From positions 22,506,001-22,570,000 of the forward strand of contig NC_043013.1 of assembly GCF_006345805.1 (NCBI RefSeq): a DNA stretch of 64,000 nt. Reading direction: 5' to 3'. Positions within the stretch are counted from its first letter, which is position 1. The number at the start of each line of letters is the position of its first letter. The translations under genes and the position numbers were made by a program. Shown one piece after another: positions 1 to 11,319 of this stretch. The DNA is from Octopus sinensis (Eukaryota). The notes under the pieces were generated by a model. The model saw only the letters and a program-made list of their open reading frames with translations, did not search any database and was not told the DNA's origin.

Positions 1-914
1 AAAACTGATGGTAATAACGAGAGAGCGGATGAGATTTGGAGCTGTCACTGTCTTTTCTTGCTCTACTTTTACCTGCTTCATGTCACCTGTGTAACAGGGA
101 TCACACTGTATCCTTTTTATATTCAATTCCTTCTTTATTTTTAACCATTACTCTCTCTCTCTCTCTTCATTCTTCTTTGTTACTCTTTCTTCTTCCATTC
201 ACTGTCCCCCCCCATGATATTACGTCCATGTTGTTTCTCTACTGAATCTCCCTCCCAAACAACCAACATACGGCTGCTTCTTACTTGTCTCTCTCTCTCT
301 CTCTCTTCCAATACTTCCTCCTCTATTACCATCTTGTTCCTATTTCTCTGTCTCCCCAGTTATAATCTCTCTCTCTCTCTCGTCTTCTTGCTCTGCTTTG
401 CCCTTCTTCATCGTTCTCATATTTACCCTCTCAGCCACATTGTGTTCAATGAACAGAGACAACACAGAATAGAGGACACCTTAGCTTTGCCGAGGGCCTC
501 AATAGAGCCACGATACAATGCACCCAGTACATTTTGTCCAGTGCCTGGTGAACAAATGTTGAGGACAAGACAACCCCTCCAGGGCTGGTAATGTGCAATA
601 AACTGCACCTAGCAGTTTTAGTTATGAATATTTCATCTGTTCAATCCCCAGGATTGTCGACTGATTGAATTCTAGTGGTTGAGTATTCCACAGATATTTG
701 TACCCTTAAGCAGAATAAGTGGAACACTGTGTGATGAAGCTGGTGTTTGGAATTACTGGTAGGAACTTGCCCAGTTTCACTCATAGGGCTTGGTTTAATC
801 TGGGACTATGGTCAGTGAAACTTGCCCAAGATGTCACATAGTTGAATCAAACCTGGGGCTGTGTGTTTGCATAACAACCACCTACTCACCACTGGAACCC
901 TCTTCCCCGCTTCT

Positions 915-2175
915 TGACTAGTGCAAGCCTAGGCACAGTGAAAGGTGTGGAAAGATTGTAGAGATGCTGGAACAGAAGCCAGTAGATATGTGCTGCATGC
1001 AAGATGGAAGGGAAGCTCAAACAGATTCTTAATGGTCAGTCACATTCCAGGAGTTGGTGGCAGTGAAATGGACAAAGTGATTAAGAAAGGTAGAGTATGT
1101 GATAGAAAAAATTAAGTTTAGTCTAGTTATGGTTAGTAACCTGAGAGCAACAGTTATCTCTACATATGCACCAGAATTAGGAGTAACCTTTGAGCTAAAG
1201 GACTGAGTCTGTGAGGCCCTCAATAACAAATGGCAATGGCATTGTTATTATGGCTGGTGATTTTTGAAGGACATATGAGGCAACAAGATGTTGGTTACTT
1301 CTTTTGTAGATAGAAGCTATGTATATGGGATGAGGAAAAGTGAAGGCTCCTGAAGTTCTGTGATGCAAAGGATTTAACCATATGTAGCACTAACCTCAGG
1401 AAACTGGCCTGCCATTTGATCACCTACACTATACTAAGTATTTCATTGTGACAATGTATATGGAAGCTGCTACTCTTAGATTCAAAGAAGTTCTAGGTGG
1501 GGAAACAGATCTGTTATATAGGGAACAAGTGGGAGCTTCTGTTAGAGAACCTGCTGTCACAGATCTGTGGTTGGAACAAGTTTCCTGCCAAATGAAAGTG
1601 AAATGGTGATGGTACAATAGAGCCATAAAAGCTAAGAGAAAGGATTGGAAAGAGTAAAATAATTGGGAAAGAAGGAAGACATCAAGAGAGAAAGTGAAAG
1701 TAAGAGGTTTGTCAATGTTGTGTGATGAGTTGGATGATTAGAGTCTGAGGATGGCAAAGTAGCGGTTCAGTGTGGGAGGAGTGGGGGTCACCTGCGACGG
1801 ACCAGCATCCTGCCCAGGTGGGGAATCTATATGCCAATGAAACCGGGAAAGTGGCCCTTATGAGCCAGGCATGGCTCAAGAAGGAACAAGCAACAACAAC
1901 AGGGGTCGATAATCTGGAAGGAGAGTAAAATTGGGATGGAATAAGTAGGGGTCCCTCTATTAACAACCAATTGATTCTGTGATGTTGCATTGTAGCAAAA
2001 TATCGGCATTGATGGATGCAGAAGTTGTGCAAAAGCTGTACAGAGGTGAATAGCTCCTGCTGATTAACATTCATAAAGCAGAAATGAGAGAGATTGTGAG
2101 AGGACCTGTAGTGTAGAAGAGGAATTCAATGTGTCATGAGGATAACAATTTGGCAAAGAAGCGCTCAGAAATGCA
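915..2175 (+). mobile_element. Decayed RTE-clade LINE, AP-endonuclease region remnant
   Basis: Broken frames give APE motifs in the expected order: VDMCCMQ (~982), ISTYAP (~1155), AGDF..GH (~1252), LLKFCDAKDL.ICST..RK (~1345). Many stops and frameshifts; interrupted by a SINE fragment at ~1757-1905. Confidence 0.7.
1757..1905 (+). mobile_element. 3' fragment of tRNA-derived SINE (same tail as 8693-8998)
   Basis: cacctgcgacggaccagcatcc...aatgaaaccgggaaa...ttatgagccaggcatggctcaagaaggaacaa matches the reverse complement of ~8695-8800. Confidence 0.75.
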
Positions 2176-2559
2176 AGTGGAATGATTTCCCAGTCTGTCT
2201 CTGTGACAATCCTTTCTATCTTTCCAGTAATTGTCACCCTTCTCTCCTACCAGCCACCATTTCCTCTCCTCCACCATGTTACTCATTACTGACATTTCTT
2301 ACTCTTTCCTTCCCCCTCCTCTTTCTCAACAGTGACCCCCCCTCTTCTCAGCAGTCATCATAAAACTGGCAAGACTGCTTCTCTTTCCCCTTATTTCTTC
2401 CTACCATAACTATCTCTCTTCCACTACTCCTTCTACTACTATCTTTTTCATTACTTCCATTTTGTACTCTCCTCTTGCACAAATTACCTTCTTTCTCCCA
2501 TTCTCTTCTGTTCACCTTCTTGGTAATGTTGCCCTCTTTGAATAGACAGTTTTGAGTAG

Positions 2560-4165
2560 TGAGGACCATTCTTTAGTCTTGCAAGACACAAGGCACCCTA
2601 ATCAGCCTTGAAAAACACAAAGGAGTCTTACAAGTGTAATAGTAAAGAATACTCAGGAGGTTCTGTAAAATGTTTGGTGAGTGGACACAACATTGGGTTA
2701 AGAGAACCCTTAAGGGTACTCATTTGGAAGGAACAGAAAAAGTCTGCCAACTATTTGTGGCTGATTTAAAACTTTCTGGCAAAAACAGGAATGAACTGGA
2801 TTCTTTAGTGCAACATTAGGACTGACTTCTGGAATTGAGAAATATGCTGTGATAGAGATGTGGCAGGAAAAACATCTTCAAAAGGTTCTAGAATAGGTTT
2901 ACCCAATGACAAGACTATAAAACCATTAGATGGACAGGAAACTTATAAATCTCTGGAACAAGTGACAAAATCAAAATTATAGAATTGAAAGAAACCTTCA
3001 GTAATTTTACAGAATGAAGAAGCTTTTAAAACCCAACTAGAATCAATTTGAGGGCAGTATCATTAATAAAAAAGGGAAGAGGAACTGGATGAAAGAAAGA
3101 TGAGCTGGAGGATATGAAGAGCAGGACTAGGAAGCTGCTGGCAATGTGTAGAAACATGCATCTTCATTCTGATGTAGACCAATAACATTTTTTTTTATCA
3201 ACCAGGAAGAAAAGAAAGAAAAACGAGTATTAAAAGTATAAAAGATCAAAATATCAAGATATCCCTCCCCTAAAAAAAACCTCACCAAGGAAACAAAGGG
3301 AAAAAAGTGGGGCAGTGTATGTGTGGGGGGTTATTAAGCAGCAGAAGGTGGGATTGAGGAGTAATGGGGTTTAAACCCCCAAACAAATGGCATTTTTAGC
3401 CACAGCTTGGGATACGATTGCAAAGACATTGCCAGGGAGAATGCCTAGCGTCGCCTGCGGCAGTGGCAGCAGCAGACACCCAACTTCACAAGGGCTCGTT
3501 TCTTAGACAGACCACAGTTATCCTGATTTTGCAGACCATATTGCAAAAGAACAGGAGAAGGAAGGAGGAGTGTTGATGAGGTTGTAGAACTGGAGGAAGT
3601 AAATCTGGGTTTTTGTGTCGAAGGAAAAGAAGAATCAGTTGTTCAGGAGAAAGAAATGAAGGAATTGGTTGAACCTCGAAAAAGGGGGAAGATATTTTTA
3701 TGATGAGATAAGAGTTGAGGAAATACAAAGGGAGTTGGCTTTGGTTAAAAAAAAAAGGAATGATTTTGGCAGCACAGGTATTGGTCCCAGTGGTCAATTG
3801 GATCAAGAGGACATTAAACCCGCAGAGTTGTTTAACCAAATATAGAATATGTGATGATGATGATGATGATGATAATGTTTTATATGGAACTATAACTCAC
3901 ATTGTATCAAAATGTCCACAGCTCAGAATGATAAAATTGTTGTAACTCACTGGAATTTTTGCGAGAAATAATTTGGTTCTGCATTCACAGAAAAGAGCCC
4001 TTGACATTTTGTGGGAGGAGAAGTAAAATCCCTCAAAAGTAATTAGGTTGTTGAGGGCTTCCTCCTCTTCGAACTGAAAGAACAACAAATAAAAAAAAGG
4101 TCAGATGTTGTAATTGCTGATATGAAAAAGAAAGTTTGTGTTGTAGTCAATGTGGCTTGCCTGTT
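2560..4165 (+). mobile_element. Decayed non-LTR retrotransposon with restriction-like endonuclease (R4/Dong-like); continues ~4730-4930
   Basis: RT remnant LFVADLKL (YMDDLKL-like, ~2751), FGIEK.A and TYKSLE (YKYLG-like). Then H..SDVD (~3160), GMILAAQ (~3757), zinc knuckle RIC...TITHIVSKCPQL (ORF 3715-3945) and REL-like SDVVIAD..K...VVNVAC (~4100-4165). Confidence 0.7.
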
Positions 4166-4170
4166 TGTTG

Positions 4171-4718
4171 TTATCATCATCATCGTTTAACATCTGTTTT
4201 CCATGCTGGTTCGACTGGGAAGCCAGGAGGCTGCACCAGGCTCCATTCTGATCTGGCATTGTTTCTACAGCTGGATGCTCTTCCTAATGCTAACCATTCC
4301 GAGAAGGTTCTGGAATAGGTTTACCTAATGACAAGAATATAAAACCATTAGATGGACAGGAAACTTATAAATCTCTGGAACTACTGCCAAGTGACAAAAT
4401 CAAAATTATAGAATTGAAAGAAACCTCCAGTATTTTTTACATGCCACTGGCATAGAGGGCAGAGGGGGCTGGCATCGGCCATGTTTGGGTGGTGCTTTTT
4501 ACGTGCCACTAGCATGGGGATCACAACTACAAATTCCATTTGATTTTGATTTCATTTGATGTTGATGTACTTCACTCAGTAGGTCTCCTCAAGCACAGCA
4601 TGTCACCCTATGATCCAAGGAACTTTTGAGTGGGCTGGTTATGCGACACTGGTGTGGGTTACAGCTGTGAACTCACTTCATTTGCCGGGTCTTCTCACTC
4701 ACAGCATATCTCCAGAGG
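4171..4718 (-). mobile_element. 5'-truncated RTE LINE 3' end with (GAT)n tail, carrying a ~128-bp foreign insert
   Basis: Reverse complement of the 3' UTR that follows the RTE ORF remnant at 60885-61392; tail reads atcatcatcatcgtttaa on + strand; insert at 4304-4432. Confidence 0.75.
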
Positions 4719-5592
4719 TAGAAAAAGGAGAAATAAAAAAGTAGTGCATTAATATTAATTTTCAAAGGCAGGAACCAAGGAATTAACTAAGCCCCTGGTC
4801 CTGCTAATTATCATTTGGGTCTTGGGAACAGTGACAAGAATTTGATAGCAGACCATGGGAAAACTTGATCTTAATCTAGGATGCAGTTCAGAAAACATGT
4901 CTGCCAGGTTCAGGAAGAATTATCTGGAAAGACAGAGTAAGAACAGATATGATGAGTAGAAAAGAACTGGTCTGAAGAATGTGCAAAATACTCGTCATCA
5001 TAGACTATGAGTTGGGGTTTGTTAAGAAGCATAACTGAACTGGGTACCACACCAAATCTGTGTAGTAACAGATTATTAATATCTGTCTATATCTCATATG
5101 TATATAGCTATCTACTTGCTCCCACACACATGTATACACACATACACATGTATATACATACATATACACTCCCCCATATATTTAGTTTGGTTAGAAGTTA
5201 AAAAATCTGGACTACACTGCACACTCATTCTTCTTTCTTTTTTTTTTTGTTTCTCAGTTTCTTCTCCTTTACCTCTCTCTCTCTCATATTTTATTTGTCA
5301 TTTATTTGTTTTGACGTTGCTAATCATACAGGAATGTATTCTACCCCCCCCTCCTCCCTCGGTGTTCTTTCTACTATCACTCATAACCTAATAATTATTA
5401 CCCAGATGTTGGTGACACTTTTTTTTTTTCCTTTGCTGTTGTTTCTGTTGATGTTTTTTGTTGATTCAAATTCCGTTTTTTTTTTTCTTTTTTTCTCCAG
5501 TTTGAAGGAGAAAAAAAATGAATAAATATGAATAAAAAATGAAATACATTATTTACATTTGACGGATATTTGTCCTCATCTTGTTTGATGTT

Positions 5593-5638
5593 AACACAAC
5601 GTTTCGGCTGATATACCCTCCAGCCTTCATCAGGTGTC
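5593..5638 (-). ncRNA. Minimal type I hammerhead ribozyme motif (intact copy)
   Basis: Minus strand reads gacac-CUGAUGA-a-ggcug(gaggguauau)cagcc-GAAA-cg-UU-guguu. Stem I gacac/guguu, 5-bp stem II, palindromic loopless stem III (AACGUU), predicted GUU cleavage triplet. Confidence 0.7.
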
Positions 5639-5690
5639 TTAGGGAAATTTTGAACCTGGGTTCTCATTCCTAAGGTATTTTTCAATGTTG

Positions 5691-5721
<31 letters not shown>

Positions 5722-5904
5722 CATTATTATTATTATTATTATTCAGGTCACTCCCTGGAATTGAACTTGGAATCTTGGGGTTAGTAGCCCGCACTCTTAA
5801 GAGCGCGGGCTACTAACCCCAAGATTCCAGGCAGTGACTTGAATAATAATGATAATATCGAAAAATACCTTAGGAATGAGAACCCAGGTTTGAAATTTCC
5901 CCAA

Positions 5905-5950
5905 GACACCTGATGAAGGCTGGAGGGTATATCAGCCGAAACATTGGGTT
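5905..5950 (+). ncRNA. Hammerhead ribozyme motif, mutated copy
   Basis: gacac-ctgatga-a-ggctg...cagcc-gaaa-cattgggtt: core and stem II intact, but substitutions disrupt stem III and stem I. Confidence 0.55.
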
Positions 5951-6431
5951 AACAACAAACAAGATGAGGAGAAATATCCGTCAAATGTAAATAATGTAAA
6001 TAATTCCTCATCTCTTAAATATAGAACTGGAAAAAATGAAAAATGTCTTTTGTTTTGGGATTGTAATGATAACTTTATGAGCACCAGACTTCTGAAAAAA
6101 AGAAGAGTTGAAATAATATCAAAGTAGTTCTCTTTAAAGAATGGTCGATCAGTGTTTCACTTTGGAACCAGTTTCCAAGAACAGAATAGAGATGGAGAGT
6201 GTTTTTTGTGGGGTTCATTGTGGTTGTGGAGATTTAGGACTTCACTTTGTGTCAACCTCCTGTCAGCCTTAGCACCAAATATTATTGGTCTGGAACTGCA
6301 ACCTGAGACTTACAACTGTCTAAGACTTATAGGGTGGCACCTGACAAGGTTGAAGAATTACGGCTTATATCCATTTTATCAGACCATTTCTTTGACTGTG
6401 GCTAATTGTGTGGAACTTGGTCTGCATTGGT

Positions 6432-6720
6432 ATCATCTTCATCATCGTCGTTTAACGTCCGTTTTCCATGCTGGCATGGGTTGGATGGTTCGACTGGGGT
6501 CTGGGAAGCCAGGAGGCTGCACCAGGTTCCAATCTGATCTGGCAATGTTTCTACAGCTGGATGCCCTTCCTAACATCAACTACTCCGAGAGTGTAGTGGG
6601 TGCTTTTTTTTTTACATGTCGCCAGCACAGGGGCCACAACGACCACGATCGGTTGGTGCTTTTTACGTGCCACTGGCACAGAAGCCAGTCAAGGTGGCAC
6701 TGGCATTGGCCACGATGGGT
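6432..6720 (-). mobile_element. RTE LINE 3'-end fragment
   Basis: catcatcgtcgtttaacgtccgttttccatgctggcatgggttgg...gctggatgcccttcctaa...; same family as 4171-4718 and 63715-63998. Confidence 0.75.
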
Positions 6721-6744
6721 AAGCAAAGCTCTGTGAGTACATGT

Positions 6745-7540
6745 GTCTGTGTATTATCTCTGTGTGTGTGTGTCTCCCTCTCTCTTTCTCTCTCTCTCGC
6801 CAAGCCTATATTTGCCTACCCCCCCACTTTATCTACCTGTTGATCTTCCTTGTTCCACCCACTCTTTCATTCTTCACTTTGTCACACCTCTCCATCTCTT
6901 ACCTCCTCACCCCCATCTATGAATTCCATCTCCACCACTGCCCCCACCCTTGCATAACTCCCCCTCCCCCTTCCATCACTTCCTTACCCCACCTTTCACT
7001 ATGTCTAAGCATGAAACACTATATTGGCCCACCCCCTCCATACCACCTGTGCCCATCCTCTTCATATTACCTGTGCCCATTCTCTTCTTCCCACTCATTT
7101 TATTCGGCCCCTTATCATTCAAATCTCTTACTTCACCCCTACTCATGCTCATCCTCTGCCATTCAATACTTCCTCCTCTCATTCCCCTTATTTCTTCCTC
7201 CCACCAACAACCACAAACCCACCCACCACTTCATTCCTTCAGTGACTATCTCTTCATCATCATCATCAGCCTTATTTTCTCTCTTTCATCTTCTGCCCAT
7301 GCTCACCCTAATAACGTGGGACAACCACCACCCCTACCCAACAACTCACTTCATCACCCTTCCCACTCAGTCCTTCCCTTTCTCACTGAGTTCCTCCCCC
7401 TCATAATGTGTATTCTTTTACCATGCCCACTACCACCCTTATATCCTATTTCACCCTCTCTCATCATCTTCCCTAAAAATGATCTCCCTCTCCCTCCCTC
7501 TCCTAGTCTCCTTAGGCCCTTCACTATTAGGCCCACAGAA
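6745..7540. repeat. Pyrimidine-rich low-complexity tract
   Basis: ~800 bp of C/T-rich, G-poor + strand sequence; this explains the overlapping P/S/L/H-rich ORFs. Confidence 0.6.
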
Positions 7541-7669
7541 GGCACCCAGTACCCCACTTAAAGTGGTTGGCATTAGGAAGGACATTCAGCTGTAGAAACA
7601 CGTAGTGACCACCTCTGCCTCTGTTGCTGTGGCTTGGCAGTTCCTCAGTTTCGTAAGAAGACCAACAGA

Positions 7670-8050
7670 TCTGGCTGTGTGGGTAAGAAGCTTGCTTCCC
7701 GACCATGTGGTTTCAGGTTCAGTCCTGCTGTGTGGCACTTTGGGCAAGTGTCTTCTATAGCCCTGGACCAACCAATGCCTTGCGTATGAATTTGGTTGAT
7801 GAAAACTGTGTGGAAGGCCATTATGTGTGCCCATTATTTGTGACACCACTTGACGGCCAGGGTTGGTTCATTTATGTCCCCATCGACTTAGTGCTTTGGT
7901 AAAAGGGGCTGATAGTATACGTACCAAACTTGAAAAAAATATATATATAAAGCATAAATATAGGGGTTGATTTGTTTAGCTAAAAAACTCCAACCCGTCA
8001 AGGTGGTGCCCCAGCATGGCCACAGTCCAGTAGCTGAAACAGAAAAAGAT
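7670..8050 (+). mobile_element. tRNA-derived CORE-like SINE (family A), diverged
   Basis: A-box tggctgtgtgggtaag, B-box ggttcagtcc, CORE-like ttgggcaagtgtcttct, 3' end cagcatggccacagtc...ctgaaac. Confidence 0.75.
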
Positions 8051-8287
8051 ATAAGAAAGGATTGGTAAAACGGAAGGCACCCACCCATAGAATGTTGCTT
8101 CCATGATGTGTGTCCAGCCCAATGCCAGAATAAAAAGACAAAAATAAAACCGGAAATTGAGTGATGATGGGATGAATAAGGATGGAGCAGAAAATGGGAG
8201 GAGGAAAAAGTCGATAACGAACGAAGGAATGGTTCAATTAGGGTTTCATTATTTAATGACTTTTATAATTTCCTGTAATTTAGAATG

Positions 8288-8500
8288 TTTTACTTGTTTC
8301 AGTCATTAGACTGTGGCCATGCTGGGGCAGTGTCTTGAAGGGTTTTGAGTTGAGTGAATTGATTCCAGGACTGTTTTTTGAAAGCCTGGTACTTATTCTG
8401 GCAATCTCTTTTGCAGAACCACATAAGTTATGGGGATGTAAGCAAACCAACACCAGTTGTCAAGTGGTGGGGCTGGGGGACAAAGTCACTAAGACACACA
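8288..8500 (-). mobile_element. Family A SINE, 3' half
   Basis: ttttacttgtttcagtcatt...gccatgctgg...; similar 3' halves at ~9955-10140 and ~57188-57400. Confidence 0.7.
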
Positions 8501-8692
8501 CACACACACATATACTGACACATGCACACACATACACACACACACACACACAAGAGCTTTGCTCAAAATGTAAAACCACCTTTTTTCTTTCTGAGCATCT
8601 GCTAATACTTTACATGTACACATCCTCACATTTTTTGTGTTTGTTCTTTGTTATTTTTTTGGGTTTTACTATATATATACATACATACATAT

Positions 8693-8998
8693 GTTGTTTG
8701 TTCCTTCTCAAGCCATGCCTGGCTCATAAGGGCTGGTTTCCCGGTTTCATTGGCGTATAGGTTCCCTACCTTGATGGGATGCCGGTCTGTCACAGGTGAG
8801 CTGCTAGATGCAGGAAATAAGAGCGAGAGAAAGTTGTGGTGAATGAGTCATCAGAAGTTTGCCTTTACCTTCTGTTGGAGCCGCGTGGAGCTTAAGTGTT
8901 TCGCTCTTGAACACAAACGTGGCCCAGTCTGAGATTCGAACACACGATCCCTTGGTTGCAAGTCTGCTGCTCTAACCACTAGGCCATGTGCCTCCCCA
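8693..8998 (-). mobile_element. tRNA-derived SINE (family B, tail type 1)
   Basis: Minus strand head ggaggcacatggcctagtggttagagcagcagact...gttcgaatc (A and B boxes), body shared with 10935-11319, tail ending aaggaacaaacaac. Confidence 0.8.
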
Positions 8999-9555
8999 CA
9001 CACACACACATACACACACACACACACAGTAAGAGTCTTCAGAGTCTCTGTCCAGCTGGTCGGTCAACCCAAGGCTAAAGAAGAAACAGGCAACTGAGGT
9101 GTTGTACAGTGGGATTGAACCTGAGAGCACATAGTATCGAAGCAGGTTTCTTACCTGCCCCCTCATACACTCCTTGTTTAAATAGCAGTAAACAAACACC
9201 CCCCGCCCCCGTCACCTTCCATGTGTCCCCCACCCCCATTTGTTGGGTTGGAGTGGGGTGCAATTTAAGGAATAAGTTAGGCATGGAGACCTCTCACCCA
9301 TGGCTGTTGTTGCATTTTTGTTGGTGTGTGTGTGTGTGTAAGATTGTATGTACACGCAGATGTATGGAATTGTGTATGAGTGTTAATGTGTCTGTCCATA
9401 CGGCTGTTTGACGTCTGTGTGTGTGTGTGTGTGTGTGTAATTGAGTGCCCCTGCATGTCTGAATGTGTGTGTTTAAATAAATGTATGTCCCTGTTTATGA
9501 ATGATTGTGTTTATGTGTATCTACTGGGAGGCTTATGCGTGAATGCAATAACACA

Positions 9556-9623
9556 TGTATGTATGTATGTATGTATGTATGTATGTATGTATGTATGTAT
9601 GTATGTATGTATGTATGTATGTA
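9556..9623. repeat. (TATG)n microsatellite
   Basis: Uninterrupted tatg run. Confidence 0.95.
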
Positions 9624-9646
9624 TATAAATCTGTTTATGTAGTCGT

Positions 9647-9679
<33 letters not shown>

Positions 9680-10383
9680 TTTCCTGAATGACATAATAAT
9701 TATCACCTGAGGAAATATAATGGGAGTGTTCGGGACTTTTTAGATTTCATCATCAATTACATTATCACGACTAATGATGCTGCTGTGTGTGTGTGTGTGT
9801 GTGAGTCAGTTTGCTAAGCTAAATAGTTCCCATGGTAGCTTCTGTCTGTTCACTGCTTTTTGTTTTCTTTTGTTCATTTGACTAATCACTCTCTCTCCCT
9901 TTCTCTCTCCCCCCCCTCACTCTCTCATATTATTTGTATATTCGTGTGTTTTCTCTTTTGCTTATCTTAGTCATTGGTCTGTGGCCATGCTGGAGCACTG
10001 CTTTTAAGGATTCTTGTCAAACAAATCGACCCCCCAATACTTGTGCTTTTTTGTTTTTTTAAAGTCTGGTGCTTACTCTCTTGGTTTCTGCTGAGTTAGA
10101 AAGTTACAGTGCCATAAACAAACCAACACCAGTTGCCTGCACCTGTGTGTACACACACGCACACACACACAAAAACAAGCCCACACAAACAGACACACAC
10201 AAACACGCACACACAAACATGCACAAACACATGCACATATACATACAAATGCACACACGCACAAACACGCATCACAAAAACACATTATTCTTAAACAAGA
10301 GTATTCTAGACAGTGACTTCTTCACAATCCAACAATGGCTTAACTGGCCAGAACTTCAAAGTCACATCATACAATACTCTTGT

Positions 10384-10612
10384 TTAACCATTTGGCATTC
10401 ACATTATTCTCTCGAATGTAATCCTTATTTATTCCCATTGTTTTGAATTAATCATGGATTATCTCATAGCTTTGAGATTTTGATGTCGTAACTGTTAAGT
10501 TTTAGAATGATATTGTAGGGTTGGTGTGAGAGGCAAAAGCTGACCAGTTTGAACATAAAACATGCAAAATATTTTGTGGCTGGATGTGGCTATATTAAAG
10601 CTGAAGGGTCAA
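10384..10612 (-). mobile_element. piggyBac-like MITE family P2, diverged
   Basis: Reverse complement of 32040-32266; degenerate ttaacc...gggtcaa ends. Confidence 0.65.
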
Positions 10613-10694
10613 CAATAATGAATTTGTAATCTTCAAAAGCAATAATGTAAAATTGTTTTTATTATAACTGAACATAAAAAACAACCATTGATAA

Positions 10695-10927
10695 ATATAT
10701 ATATATATATTGATTGAAATGGTAAGACAACAAAAGCCATTAAAAAATCAATAGAAGTAACTTTCTTTTGTGAACTTTCTATCCAAAACCCAATCAAAAT
10801 GCCCGAAACTTGATACACCAATTGAATGCCAGCTAGCTGTATGTGATTGGTCGGAGATTTGGACAGTACTCGTGTGTATATGCATGCACTAGCACTACGA
10901 CCCAGCAACGCCAGGTCATAGTGCTAG
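10695..10927 (+). mobile_element. Probable non-autonomous Helitron (3' end clear, 5' end uncertain)
   Basis: Ends gaccc-agcaacgc-caggtc...gCTAG|t, with the same gcaacgcc hairpin loop and CTAG|T end as 33408-33805. Confidence 0.5.
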
Positions 10928-10934
10928 TGCATAT

Positions 10935-11319
10935 ACATATCACCGTGATCACCGTGACCGACCAGGCTATCAGATGTTGCTACAAATTGCTGGTCACAAT
11001 GCGCTTCACATTGTTTTAGCCTTCAAATGACGCCACCCCGCTGGCTAAGCGAGCAGGCCAACAGAGAGACAAAGTGTTGTAAACAGACCCTGCTATTTCT
11101 CTATTTGTTCATATGAAGAGTTACACACAAAAACACACACACACACACTTATGTTGTGGTGAAAGAGTACAGCAGGGATCACCACCCCCTGCCGGAGCCT
11201 CGTGGAGCTTTTAGGTGTTTTTGCTCAATAAACACTCACAACGCCCGGTCTAGGAATCGAAACCGCGATCCTACGACCGCGAGTCCGCTGCCCTAACCAC
11301 TAGGCCATTGCGCCTCCAC
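10935..11319 (-). mobile_element. tRNA-derived SINE (family B, tail type 2), CpG-rich and young, with ~90-bp insert
   Basis: Minus head gtggaggcgcaatggcctagtggttagggcagcggactcgcggtcgtaggatcgcggtttcgattcc; tail cacggtgatcacggtgatatg; flanked by gcatata on both sides. Confidence 0.8.

Larger units (their letters stand above)
5545..6030. mobile_element. Palindromic non-autonomous element with tRNA-like head and hammerhead ribozyme (Penelope-like-element related)
   Basis: Inverted arms 5545-5798 and 5799-5998 meet with no spacer at ctctt|aagag. Candidate 11-bp TSD aaaaaatgaaa at 5534-5544 and 6031-6041. Confidence 0.75.

Noticed and set aside
6152-7561. ORFs of 194, 221 and 203 aa
   Set aside because: They run through an antisense RTE tail and a G-poor pyrimidine tract that lacks stops by composition.
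11250-11319. tRNA gene
   Set aside because: A tRNA-derived SINE head continuing into a multicopy body; no complete cloverleaf. The same applies to the other SINE heads.
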